Below, one piece after another: positions 38,985 through 50,573 of a stretch of 64,000 bases of DNA; position 1 is the stretch's first letter; every line of letters begins with the position of its first letter. Source of the stretch: Macrostomum lignano (Eukaryota); assembly GCA_002269645.1 (NCBI GenBank), contig NIVC01002138.1, positions 1-64,000 of the forward strand. The letters are read 5' to 3'. The position numbers and the translations under genes are program-made. The notes under the pieces were generated by a model. The model had not been told where the DNA came from and searched no databases. It worked only from the letters and a program-made list of their open reading frames with translations.

Positions 38985-39155
38985 TAGAGGGGATCAGAGA
39001 ACGGATAAGAGAGGAGTCAGTGAGGGGATCAGAGAACGGATAAGAGAGGAGTCAGTGAGGGGATCAGAGAACGGATAAGAGAGGAGTCAGTGAGGGGATC
39101 AGAGAACGGATAAGAGAGGAGTCAGTGAGGGGATCAGAGAACGGATAAGAGTCAG
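38985..39155. repeat. 35-bp tandem repeat (gggatcagagaacggataagagaggagtcagtgag)
   Basis: About 4.5 units downstream of the transporter stop. Confidence 0.9.
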
Positions 39156-39192
39156 AGAGGAAATCAGCACAACCAGGAAAGACCGCCAAGGC

Positions 39193-42100
39193 TCAGTGAC
39201 AGCCAAGCAAAGTGTCTGGATCAGCAGCAGCAGCAGCAGGCGCCAACGGAGGGGCTCTCCAACGCCGGAAGCAGAGCCAGAGCGCCAGCTCGCACAGCCC
39301 AGTGATCAGAGGGATGGCACCAGCCAGGCCCAGTACAACTGAGCGGCCGCTGGGACCGACTCTGGCAGACTGGCCGGGGGCAGTTCCGCTGCCAATGTAG
39401 GGCGCCAGAAGGTGCACAGTGAGCATAGATTGCAGATTGAATGCCTTGGAGGCCAGGATGAGGTACAGGGAGGCGATCAGCGCGCTCATCGGCCGGTCGC
39501 GGCTCCAGCGACGTCGGTCGCGATCGGCCACTTCAACAACGGCCAGGGACTGCGAGGTGGGTTTACCGCAGTGGCGAGTTTACAGACTGCCTGTCTCCGC
39601 TTTAGTTCACAGCTAGTTCCGCCTTGGTTTACAGCTAGTTCCGCTTTCCTTGGTTTACAGCTAGTTCCGCTTTAGTTTACAGCTAGTTCCGCCTTGGTTT
39701 ACAGCTAGTTCCGCTTTAGTTTACAGCTAGTTCCGCTTTGGTTTACAGCTAGTTCCGCTTTCCTTGGTTTACAGCTAGTTCCGCTTTAGTTTACAACTAG
39801 CTTCGCTTTAGTTTACAGCCAGTTCCGCCTTGGTTTACAGCTATCTTCACTTTGGTTTACAGCTACCTCCGATTTAGTTTACAGCTAGCCCCGTTTTAGT
39901 TTACAGCCAGCTCCGCTTTAGTTTACAGCTAGTTCCGCCTTGGTTTACAGCTAGTTCCGCCTTGGTTTACAGCTAGTTCCGCTTTAGTTTACAGCTAGTT
40001 CCGCTTTAGTTTACAGCTAGCTTCACTTTAGTTTACAGCTAGTTCCGATTTAGTTTACAGCTAGTTCCGCTTTAGTTTACAGCTAGCTCCGCCTTGGTTT
40101 GCAGCTAGTTCCGATTCAGTTTACAGCTAGCTTCACTATAGTTTACAGCTAGTTCCGATTTAGTTTTCAGCTAGCTCCGCTATAGTTTACAGACAGCTCC
40201 GCTATAGTTTACAGCCAGCTCCGCTATAGTTTACAGCCAGCTCCGCTTTAGTTTACAGCTAGTGAGCTAGCTTCACTTTGGTTTACAGCTACCTCCGCTT
40301 TAGTTTACAGCTAGCTCCGCTTTAGTTTACAGCTAGCTTCACTTTAGTTTACAGCTAGCTCCGCTTTAGTTTACAGCCAGCTCCGCTTTAGTTTACAGCT
40401 AGCTTCACTTTGGTTTACAGCTAGTTCCGCTTCAGTTTACAGCCAGTTCCGCTTCAGTTTACAGCCAGTTCCGCTTCAGTTTACAGCCAGCTGCATCTGC
40501 CATGGTAAACAGTCTCACCTGCAAGTTGCAATTCAGTCCAACAATAGCACCATCCAATAACAGATAGGCCAGCTGCTGCCATAGGGCCAGTTCTGGCCCG
40601 GCCAGGTAGAACAGGCCGCCAGTAGTAACGGTGAGGCCCGCTGCCAGCAGAGCGGCATCGGCTAGGGGCGCCCTGGCCAGGCAAGGATAGCAGAACATGA
40701 ATAGCAGCGCTGGCAACAGCTGTGAGGCCAAATAGAACAGCGACTTGGCACCGGCGCCCATAGCGGCGCCAGGGCCGGGCGGATCGAGCTGGTCGACCAG
40801 CATAGGCAGGAAGGCGGCGCCGAACCCCATGTGAAAATTGTGAGCGAATTTCAGCGCCAGCACGCATAGAAACAGGCGATCTGTGAATAACCGGCGAAGA
40901 TTCTGCAACAGGCCCGGCTCGGCCAGGCGGATGGGTTGGCCCAGGCCGCTGGCTGCAGAACATGCGCCTCCGGGCTGCCAGACAGAGGGGTTGATGAGGG
41001 TGGGCTGCGGCTAGGATTCTGCGCGCGTGGGTGCTTGACACGCGATGGTGATGACGATGATGATGGTGGTGATGGTGATGATGGTGGAGGGTGATGATGA
41101 TGACGGTGGTGATTCAGTCAGTCAGTCAAGGCCAGTCCACTGCCTGTGAGTTCATGCGCAACGCCAACACCAACGGCCATGTTTATAATTGGGCAGAAAT
41201 GTACACAGTTATATTTTTACTAGAATTAATTTCAATTACTACTATTTAGTCAGTAATAAGTGAGAGAAAATGTGACAGGCTACTAAAGTTGATCAATGTT
41301 TCACACAATATTCAATATAGCTGATCACACAGGCCCCCCTATAAAACAGAGATTTAAATATTGAATAAATGTATGATAATTAATTCGGCAATTTAAAATT
41401 GTGCAGCACAAACTCGAGTCTCAGGTTAAAGCAACAGATTGAAGCAGACAGAGAAGGAAGCGGTCGGAGAAGCTCCAGATTAGGAAAGGAAATTGACACG
41501 AACGGAAATATGTTAATCCAGGAAATCCGGGAGAGGACGAAGTACGCCTGCGCTACCTTAAGGAAGGGCCCGAAGAAGTTAAAGAAGCTGTCCGGGAAAG
41601 AATCCGATATCTATACGAACACCGAGCGTGGCACTGGGAAGCCAGTGAGAAGGTAGGCCTTATCATACCACTCTTTAAGAAAGGGGACAGGACCGACCTT
41701 AACAATTACCGAGGAGTGTGCCTCCTGCCGATGCTAAGTCGCATATTGGCAAGAATCATCGCCTCAAGGTTACGGGACTGGGCAGAACGAGTCAGGGCGC
41801 TTGACGACAATCAGAATGGCTTTAGAGCCAACCGATCAACGGCAGACAGCACCCAGATAATCATCCGTATACAAGAGGACATAACAGAATACCGCCAGGC
41901 GAAAAACGCCGTAGGAGACTGCAACCTAGAAGAAGACCAACTAGCATTTCTCCTAGACCTCCGGAAAGCATACCCCAGAGTCAGCAAGCCGATACTTTGG
42001 GGGATACTACAGAAGTACGCCCTGCCGGAAAAAGTGATTGACAAATTGAAGGACCTTCATGAATACACAGAGTATAAAGTGAAAGGAAAGAAACAGTCCA

Positions 42101-44720
42101 GTGAATCGTGGTTACCAGAAAGAGGACTACGCGAAGGATGCCCGACATCCCCAGTTCTATTTAATATCTTTCACCAAGCATGCATCAGGGAAGTTGAGGA
42201 GAAAAGAACACAATCAGCAAAGGAGAAAGAGCAAATATGTGGAATTGAATGGACATACCTCCCAGGAAGCTCACTCCCACCTCAGCGAAGAAACCAACCA
42301 AACTCGGAGACCAAAACCGAACTCATCAGGACAGTTCTATTCGCAGACGACACCACTATCCTAGGCAACCGCAAGGAACTCAGCGCGGGCCTAGAGTCGA
42401 CGAAAGAAATAATGGCAGGATTCGAAGAACAAACGAACGACAAAAAGCAAGAGGTAATGATATTCGGAACCAGAGAGGGAGGAAAAGTACGCATGCTAGG
42501 ATCATGGACGGACACGAAGTACGACACGACCAAGAGATTGCAAAAAGCGGTGAGAAGCTGGTCGACGATCCGTAGACGTTTCATCAAGTGCAGGTTGAAA
42601 AAGACCACGCAAGCGAAGGTCGTTGAAGCCTGTATAGAGAGCATCCTGCTATTCCACGCGAACATACGCCCATTCCTGAAGTCAGAAACGAAGCAACTAC
42701 AAAGCTTCATGGACCGGATCTACCGGCAGATATGGAGCAGCAGGAAAATGGAACCACTAAGGGAAATGGAGGCAAAAGGAATAAATATGCAGGACATTCG
42801 CAATGAACTAGAAGTAACGACAATACAAACAAAGATTGAGAAGAGCCACCTGATCCGCATCGGACATGTGCTTCGCATGGAGGCGAACCGCCTAACGAAA
42901 AAGATGGTTCTCGGATGGTACAAGGGTCTGGAAAAGATAAGGAAAACACGTAAGAGAAAAGGTAACACCATCGAATATTGGAAACGACTACTACGCCAAG
43001 CAGGGATCGAGCCGGAAATGACAGAGAGACTAGCAACCGACCGCCAGAAATGGCGTAAAATTGTTCAAGAACGCATAAGCCACCTCAAGAGATGGGAACA
43101 ACAACAAGGAAAGAAGGCAGAAGCAAGGAACATCGAAAGGAACGACAAACAGAAACAGGAGAAAACAAGAACATTCATATGTGAATACGCAGACTGCGGA
43201 AAGGAGTGCAAAAGCAAAGCAGGCCTGACCATTCACCAAAAGAGGATGCACCGCAAGATAGAAGAACCAGTAACGTTCAAGTGCGAAAAATGCGAGAAGC
43301 AGTTCAGGCAAGAGGCAACGTGGTTAAACCACGTAAAGGTCTGCGGAGGAGATAGAGAAGTGGGAGGAAACCGCGTAAAATGCGCGAACTGTGCTCGAGA
43401 AATATCGAAATCAAACCTAGCGAGACACCGCAAAACCTGTGGTACAACGCGGGAAGAGACACGGTCCCCGGGAGGTGAGAGGAAGTACCGAGCGAAAACT
43501 AAACAATGCGAAGGTTGTCGGCGCACGCTCGCCGCGACGAACATGGCACGCCACCTACGCACCTGCAAGGACTGCTGACGAGAGACCCCGAAGACTGCCC
43601 ATGCCACACACGGCGACAAAAGGGAAGAAGAGGAAGAAGAAGAAGATGATGGTGGAGGGTGATGATGATGACGGTGGTGATCGTGACGGTGATGATGGTG
43701 GTGATGGTGATGATGATGATGGTGGTGATGGTGATGATGATGATGGTGGTGATGGTGATGATGATATGGTGGGGATGGTGATGATGATGGAGGGTGATGA
43801 TGATGACGGTGGTGATCGTGACGGTGATGATGGTGGTGATGGTGATGATGATGGAGGGTGATGATGATGACGGTGGTGATCGTGACGGTGATGATGGTGG
43901 TGATGGTGATGATGATGATGGTGATGATGGTGGTGATGATGATAATGGTGATAATAGTTGCCATTAAAGATGATGAAGTTACAAAATGCTGAACAATAAA
44001 AAGTAGAGAGATCTAATGCAAGTACCAAACTAAGACCAAGTACAGCAGTGAACTGTAGCTCACGTGGCACAGATTAACAGTCCGACAGTCGTACATAGTC
44101 CGACACTGCCAGCCGCAGTACATCACGGACAGCAGGGCTACAATCGAGGCCAGCACTGCGCAGAATTGAAAAGCGGACAGATTGGCCAGATCGGCCGAGG
44201 CCCAGTTAGCCAATGGCACGGCCAGACAAGCGGCCATGTAGGGCACCTGGGCTAGCCAGAGCTGGGACAGGCGGGTGGCAGTCTGGCTAGACATCTCAAT
44301 AAGCAGTGAGGCGTGAGCAAATCGAACGCATTTATCAACCAGCTGGAACATCAGGTCAGTCAGCACCAGCTGCAGGCCGATGTTAACAGCCGGCAGCCAG
44401 CGGAACCAATGCAAGCTGAACGCCAAGGCGTACACTGGTGCCGCGTACAGCAGCCACTTGCGACGGTCCGTCAGCCGGCTGTCCTGAACATGCGACACGG
44501 CCAAACTGATCAGTGTGCTCCACAGCATAGCAACCAACTGGGACGCCTGGAACCAGTTCTCGCTAAGCAGGAACACCGTCAGGTACACTTTGGCGCGGAA
44601 GAAATCTAATAGACCGGACACTAGCGACAGGCCAAGATTGCCGCTGGCGTAGGCCACGGTCTGGCGGGACACCTGCGGCCCGGCCGAGGCTGGCGTTGCC
44701 GACGCTGCTGCGGCTTGTTG
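39193..44720 (-). CDS. MFSD13A: MFS transporter, MFSD13A/TMEM180-like, about 501 aa in 3 exons; start codon not identified
   Basis: Exons 44720-44064, 41010-40519 and 39549-39193, all phase 0 GT-AG. Segments match TMEM180: VAYASGNLGLSL, RRLFTDRLFLCVLALKFAHNFHMGFGAAFLPMLVDQL, CNLQSLAVVEVADRD, AIPLITGLCELALW. Confidence 0.8.
39595..40490. repeat. 22-bp minisatellite (gtttacagctagttccgcttta) filling the last transporter intron
   Basis: About 40 units. Confidence 0.95.
41043..43960. repeat. (GAT/GGT)n-rich array split into 41043-41113 and 43645-43960 by the LINE insertion
   Basis: Same 37-bp string on both sides; it explains the poly-His ORFs. Confidence 0.85.
41430..43644 (+). mobile_element. 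5'-truncated RTE-like non-LTR retrotransposon: RT, four C-terminal zinc fingers and a (GAA)n tail
   Basis: Open frame 41497-43578 with IIPLFKKGDRTDLNNYRGVCLL, QNGFR, DLRKAY, GLREGCPTSPVLF, LFADD, RIGHVLRM and CxxC...H/C motifs. Tail gaagaagaggaagaagaagaa at 43624-43644. No endonuclease domain present. Confidence 0.9.
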
Positions 44721-44794
44721 CTGCAGAATGCCAACGGCTGCTTCTGTTACAGTAGTGTACTAATGGGATGGGGAGTCGGGACTGGGTCAGGGGG

Positions 44795-45480
44795 GTTCTT
44801 AGTGTGTCAGGAGTAATTCCTAATGGATAAGGAGTGATTCTTAGTGGGTCAGGAGTGATTCTTAGTGGGTCAGAAGTGATTCTTAGTGGGTCAGGAATAA
44901 TTCTTAATGGGTCAGGAGTGATTGTCAATGGGCCAGGAGTAATTCTCAATGGGTCAGGAGTAATTCTCAATGGGTCAGGAGTAATTCTCAATGGGCCAGG
45001 AGTAATTCTTAATGGGTCAGGAGTAATTCTCAATGGGTCAGGAGTAATTCTTAATGGGTCAGGAGTAATTCTCAATGGGTCAGGAGTAATTCTCAATGGG
45101 TCAGGAGTAATTCTCAATGGGTCAGGAGTAATTCTCAATGGGTCAGGAGTGATTGTCAATGGGCCAGGAGTGATTCTTGATAATAGGTCAGGAGTGATTC
45201 TTGATAGGTCAGGAGTAATTCTCAATGGGTCAGGAGTGATTCTCAATGGGTCAGGAGTAATTCTCAATGGGTCAGGAGTAATTCTTAATGGGTCAGGAGT
45301 GATTCTTAATGGGTCAGGAGTGATTCTTAATGGGTCAGGAGTGATTCTTGATAGGTCAGGAGTGATTCTTGATTCTTGAATTCTTGATTCTTAATTCTTG
45401 AAAAGGCGTGTTTTTCAATGAGTCAGGAGTGATTTTAATGAGTCAGGAGTGATTTTAATGGGTCAGGAGTGATTCTTAAA
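44795..45480. repeat. 21-bp minisatellite (gggtcaggagtaattctcaat)
   Basis: About 30 units. It explains ORFs 44563..45267 and 44834..45379. Confidence 0.95.
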
Positions 45481-46359
45481 AAGTCACGAGGCGATTCTCA
45501 ACATGTCAAAGGGCAATTCTAAATAAGTCAGGGATAATTCTTATAACGGATCTAAAGCAAGAAAGAATAGCAGAAAAGCTGCGCAGACAAATAAAATAGA
45601 ATGGCATTGACACGCTTGACAATTGATGCATGAACTATGCATGTATTTGAATGTCAATGGGGTGCGTGGGTGAGGGGGTTGATAATGATCCGCCCAGATC
45701 GAAATAGTTTTCATACTAGATTTGTATAAATTTGTATCTATATTGAAGTTAAAGTGCAATTATTATTATTATATAACCAAACTATTTTGAAGGCAAACAC
45801 AGATAAGGTAGAATGAAATTAGTTGAACAATATTTTTCATAGCTCCTTGAATAATAATAGTTATTAAATAAACACAGTTGAAGACAGTATGGACGGGTTT
45901 CCTGAGGTGTGCAGACTGGGGCCAGTATCTGGGTATTATACTTGTGTATGGGAGTATAGCCACAAGAAGACACACTGCCGCGGGCAAGGAAAACTTGATG
46001 GATTACACTGCTGCTCGGATTTGCAAGGCAGGTCAAATGTGAGCAACAAAAGTGCATATATATATAAGAAATGAGCCAAGAGAGGGGGAACGTACAGAGA
46101 CAATGCAATCAAAAGGCAGTTATTAACATTTATTATCAAACCCGAAACCCTTGCCAAATTAGACTGGATAACCAAAAAATACACACAAAAACACGCCAAT
46201 TGGCTACTGAATAAGTAGCAGTCAGTAAGTAGCCTATAAGTAGTATAGCAAGTACCAGTATGTACACGATTGGGAAGTACAATAAAACTCCTTCACAGAC
46301 AGGCAGACAGGGGTAAATATATATTTATAGATAGATTAGATCGGCAACTTCTGGCTAGG

Positions 46360-47829
46360 CTAGCTATCGCAATTCGTTAGCAACAGGCTGGCACCACCGC
46401 TGCCGTCTGATGCCGCTGTAGCAGCAACAGCCGCAGCAGCCGGCGTCGCATTCGCTGTCGAAGCGGACGGGAAACTACTGGAAGAGTCTGGCAATGCCAC
46501 GCAGTCCGGGTGGTGTTGCAACAATCTTTGCTGCTGCTGAGACTGATGCGTACTAGAAGGAGTCTGCGGCTGCTGCATCAGGTGCAAGCTAAGCCGGCGC
46601 TGGTTCTGCACAGTCGCCTTGACCTCGGCTATGCGGACTAGGGAGCGGAGCTTCTTCAACTGGGCGCTGAGATCGCAGCAGAGCACGCCGCTAAGCCGAT
46701 TGTAGACTGCGGCGCAGTGGGCCGCCTGGTCCAGCATTCGCTGGGCCTGCCGATCGTCGAATTTGCCAACAAATCGATGATCAACAAAGGCCAGCAGATC
46801 TGGCGAGTCCAGCCTGGCGTGGGCCAGGTCCTCCGGCTCCGGACTGCGCAGATACTCGCGGCCGGGCCGCAACGGCTCGGCTGGCGGATGCTGCTGAGTC
46901 GGAGGCGCTGCTCCTGTCTGCTGCTGTTGAACCTCCGTCATTGGCGGAGATGCCTCCTTCACGGTGGAGGAAGCCGCCGCGTTTGCTGCTGCCGCAGTCG
47001 CCGAAGAAGACGATGCCGACGATGCCGACGAAGCCGCCGACGATCGAACTGGAGCGACTGGGGCTGCCGACTCCTTCGACTGCGGCTGCTGCGTCGGCGG
47101 CTGTCGCGACGATGATGCGCCTTCGCTGAGCCGCTGCTGCTCCTCCGATGCCTTCCGTTTGAGAGTCTTGGGCGTCCGGCTGGCCGGCTCGTGGCGCGGA
47201 CTGATGTCCATGTCGTCGGATGCCTGCGGGTTCTGCTGCTGCTGTTGCTGCCCGCCTGAGGATCCGTGATGCCCACGGCTAGGCGGCATCAGCGAAGAGG
47301 CGGCCGAGAAGCCTTCTTGTCGAGCGTCTAGAGTGATGCGAGTCTCTTTGATGCGCTGCAATAGGCGACTGTCGCCAACGCTTGATTGGCGCTGCTGAGG
47401 CGCAGTCTGGTGCTGACTGCGGTGCTGCTGCTGCTCCTTGTGGTGCTGGTTAGCCTGGTCATTCCGACTGCGTCGCACGGGCGGCCGCCGCTCCTGTTTT
47501 AGCAGGGCCTGCTGCTGCCGCTGCCTGATAATGTGCTGCAGCTCCTCCTGGCTGAGATCCGGGAGGCTCCACTCGGCCGGTTTCACCCACTGCGAAGTTT
47601 CCGTCCGGCAATTGTAGTAATACAGCCGATTTTTTGAGCTCAACTGCTCAGACCAGTTGTTCTGAATTCGCACGGCGCTGCTGCGCCACTCTGTCTTGCC
47701 TTCGCCGCCGCCGCCGCTGCTGCCACCGGCATGCCCGCCGCTGCCGCCGCGACTGCTGGCGCTGTTGCTGTTGTTGTTGCCGTCGGCCGCGTTGCCGTTC
47801 GGACGGCTGCAACCGCTGGTCTCTGGCAT
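46360..47829 (-). CDS. WAC: WW domain-containing adapter with coiled-coil, single coding exon, 489 aa
   Basis: WW domain NWSEQLSSKNRLYYYNCRTETSQWVKPAEW and C-terminal LKKLRSLVRIAEVKATVQNQR match WAC. Acceptor tttcag| at 47838, just before the ATG. Confidence 0.88.
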   Translation of the reverse strand: MPETSGCSRPNGNAADGNNNSNSASSRGGSGGHAGGSSGGGGEGKTEWRSSAVRIQNNWSEQLSSKNRLYYYNCRTETSQWVKPAEWSLPDLSQEELQHIIRQRQQQALLKQERRPPVRRSRNDQANQHHKEQQQHRSQHQTAPQQRQSSVGDSRLLQRIKETRITLDARQEGFSAASSLMPPSRGHHGSSGGQQQQQQNPQASDDMDISPRHEPASRTPKTLKRKASEEQQRLSEGASSSRQPPTQQPQSKESAAPVAPVRSSAASSASSASSSSATAAAANAAASSTVKEASPPMTEVQQQQTGAAPPTQQHPPAEPLRPGREYLRSPEPEDLAHARLDSPDLLAFVDHRFVGKFDDRQAQRMLDQAAHCAAVYNRLSGVLCCDLSAQLKKLRSLVRIAEVKATVQNQRRLSLHLMQQPQTPSSTHQSQQQQRLLQHHPDCVALPDSSSSFPSASTANATPAAAAVAATAASDGSGGASLLLTNCDS

Positions 47830-47904
47830 TCAATAGGCCTGAAATTGCGGAAAGTCTGCTACTAGAAGAAAATAGAGTCTACTAAAACGGCTTACTATAA
47901 AAAA

Positions 47905-48665
47905 GGCAATGGCTGGTACTAGAAGAGGGCAATGGCTGGTAGTAGAAGAGGGCAATGGCTGCTACTAGAAGAGGGCAATGGCTGCTACTAGAAGAGGGCA
48001 ATAGCTGCTACTAGAAGAGGGCAATGGCTGCTACTAGAAGAGGGCAATAGCTGCTACTAGAAGAGGGCAATGGCTGGTACTAGAAGAGGGCAATGGCTGC
48101 TACTAGAAGAGGGCAATGGCTGGTAGTAGAAGAGGGCAATGGCTGGTAGTAGAAGAGGGCAATGGCTGGTACTAGAAGAGGGCAATGGCTGCTACTAGAA
48201 GAGGGCAATGGCTGCTACTAGAAGAGGGCAATGGCTGCTACTAGAAGAGGGCAATGGCTGCTACTAGAAGAGGGCAATGGCTGCTACTAGAAGAGGGCAA
48301 TAGCTGCTACTAGAAGAGGGCAATGGCTGGTACTAGAAGAGGGCAATGGCTGCTACTAGAAGAGGGCAATAGCTGGTACTAGAAGAGGGCAATGGCTGGT
48401 ACTAGAAGAGGGCAATGGCTGCTACTAGAAGAGGGCAATGGCTGCTACTAGAAGAGGGCAATGGCTGGTACTAGAAGAGGGCAATGGCTGCTACTAGAAG
48501 AGGGCAATGGCTGGTAGTAGAAGAGGGCAATGGCTGGTAGTAGAAGAGGGCAATGGCTGCTACTAGAAGAGGGCAATAGCTGGTACTAGAAGAGGGCAAT
48601 GGCTGCTACTAGAAGAGGGCAATAGCTGGTACTAGAAGAGGGCAATGGCTGCTTCTAGAAGGCGA
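47905..48665. repeat. 23-bp minisatellite (actagaagagggcaatggctgct) upstream of the WAC acceptor
   Basis: About 33 units. Confidence 0.95.
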
Positions 48666-49539
48666 TGGGTGTTAATAGAAGATGGAAAAGTGCCTTTATT
48701 TGTTTTAAAACAATGAAGAATAATAAGGGAAGACCAAGTAGGCCGAAAATTTGCAACAAATTCAATTAATTAGCAATTGAATTTTTCTATAGCAGCTTTT
48801 CTTTCAAATTTATTTTTAACTAAGTTTGGTGCATTCTTTCTTATCAAACAAAGATAAATTAGCAAAAGACGAGAATAGCAAACACTGAATTAGATTTAGT
48901 CGGGAATTAGCTATACTTTAAAGATTTCATTTGGCCTAAAAAGATTATTAGGGCAAATATGAGTCAAGGAAACACATAAACAAACAGTAATATATATTTA
49001 TAAATGTACATAAAAAGATTAGCATATAGTGCCTTAGATCAGTATTAATAACGATATTCATTAGTTTTGAATGCATGTATTTACATTGTAGCGCTGCATT
49101 ACTTGACAGTAGGATCAATAGGGTAGGTAAATTTCAATTAATTAAAGAAATTTTAATAGGTATATAATTGCAGCAAATTTATGTCAGCTACTACTTAGAT
49201 TTACGTTATTAAGTAATAAACAAGAGAAAATAAGCAATAAAATAAGCAACATCTTGAAAAACAATTAGGACTGCAAGGGAACAAACAAATCAATTTAACA
49301 GAAGGTAAGCGGCAATTATTTATCAGCTTGACATCCATAAACATTTACCAGTAAGTTTTTTGAGACGACTTGCTTTTGTACTTTTGTAACTAAGGGAATT
49401 GAACATATGGTATTACTGACTGAAAATTAAATAAATAAATACTATTTAGCCACTAATAATATCCCAACCTTAAGTGAAGGTTGTTTATTATGAAATTTTC
49501 AAGCGTTTTGCATATTTCATTTTTATAGTATAAGAACTT

Positions 49540-50280
49540 GCGGGCTGGTTGCCGATCTGCCGGAACTGGCAGGTTGGACTCGGGCTGGGTGCCGATCTGC
49601 CGGAACTGGCAGGTTGGACTCGGGCTGGGTGCCGATCTGCCGGAACTGGCAGGTTGGACTCGGGCTGGGTGCCGATCTGCCGGAACTGGCAGGTTGGACT
49701 CGGGCTGGGTGCCGATCTGCCGGAACTGGCAGGTTGGACTCGGGCTGGGTGCCGATCTGCCGGAACTGGCAGGTTGGACTCGGGCTGGGTGCCGATCTGC
49801 CGGAACTGGCAGGTTGGACTCGGGCTGGGTGCCGATCTGCCGGAACTGGCAGGTTGGACTCGGGCTGGGTGCCGATCTGCCGGAACTGGCAGGTTGGACT
49901 CGGGCTGGGTGCCGATCTGCCGGAACTGGCAGGTTGGACTCGGGCTGGGTGCCGATCTGCTGGCAGGTTGGACTCGGGCTGGGTGCCGATCTGCTGGCGG
50001 TTGGACTCGGGCTGGGTGCCGATCTGCTGGCAGGTTGGACTCGGGCTGGGTGCCGATCTGCTGGCAGGTTGGACTCGGGCTGGGTGCCGATCTGCTGGCA
50101 GGTTGGACTCGGGCTGGGTGCCGATCTGCTGGCAGGTTGGACTCGGGCTGGGTGCCGATCTGCTGGCAGGTTGGACTCGGGCTGGGTGCCGATCTGCTGG
50201 CAGGTTGGACTCGGGCTGGGTGCCGATCTGCTGGCAGGTTGGACTCGGGCTGGGTGCCGATCTGCTGGCAGGTTGGACTC
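49540..50280. repeat. Minisatellite switching from a 40-bp unit to a 34-bp unit near 49960
   Basis: ggcaggttggactcgggctgggtgccgatctgc(cggaac)t; the bracketed 6 bp are absent in the right-hand units. Confidence 0.95.
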
Positions 50281-50573
50281 TCGGACAAATAACAACATGC
50301 GAGATGTCGCTAACAAAACTGCTGTCGTATTAGCGACGGAATTAAAAGCTAATGCTGTGCAGGATATTACTTGTAGTCTTAGTAGTTGGCTGAGGTCTAA
50401 CTTGAGGAGTCGAGGTTAACTACACACACCAGCAGGCGCGAATGAAAATTGGTTTCTGAACTCTTGAAAATTGCTGATGAAGAAAGAAAATAGGTAATCC
50501 GACGCGTATAGCAGGGCAAATTCCTGATCACTTCAAACCGCGCACTCTCTGCTCCCTTCCCTCTCTCTCTCAC

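Noticed and set aside
45889-46074. Cys-containing small plus-strand ORF
   Set aside because: Short, lies antisense in the WAC 3' region, and has no recognisable motif or supported exon chain.
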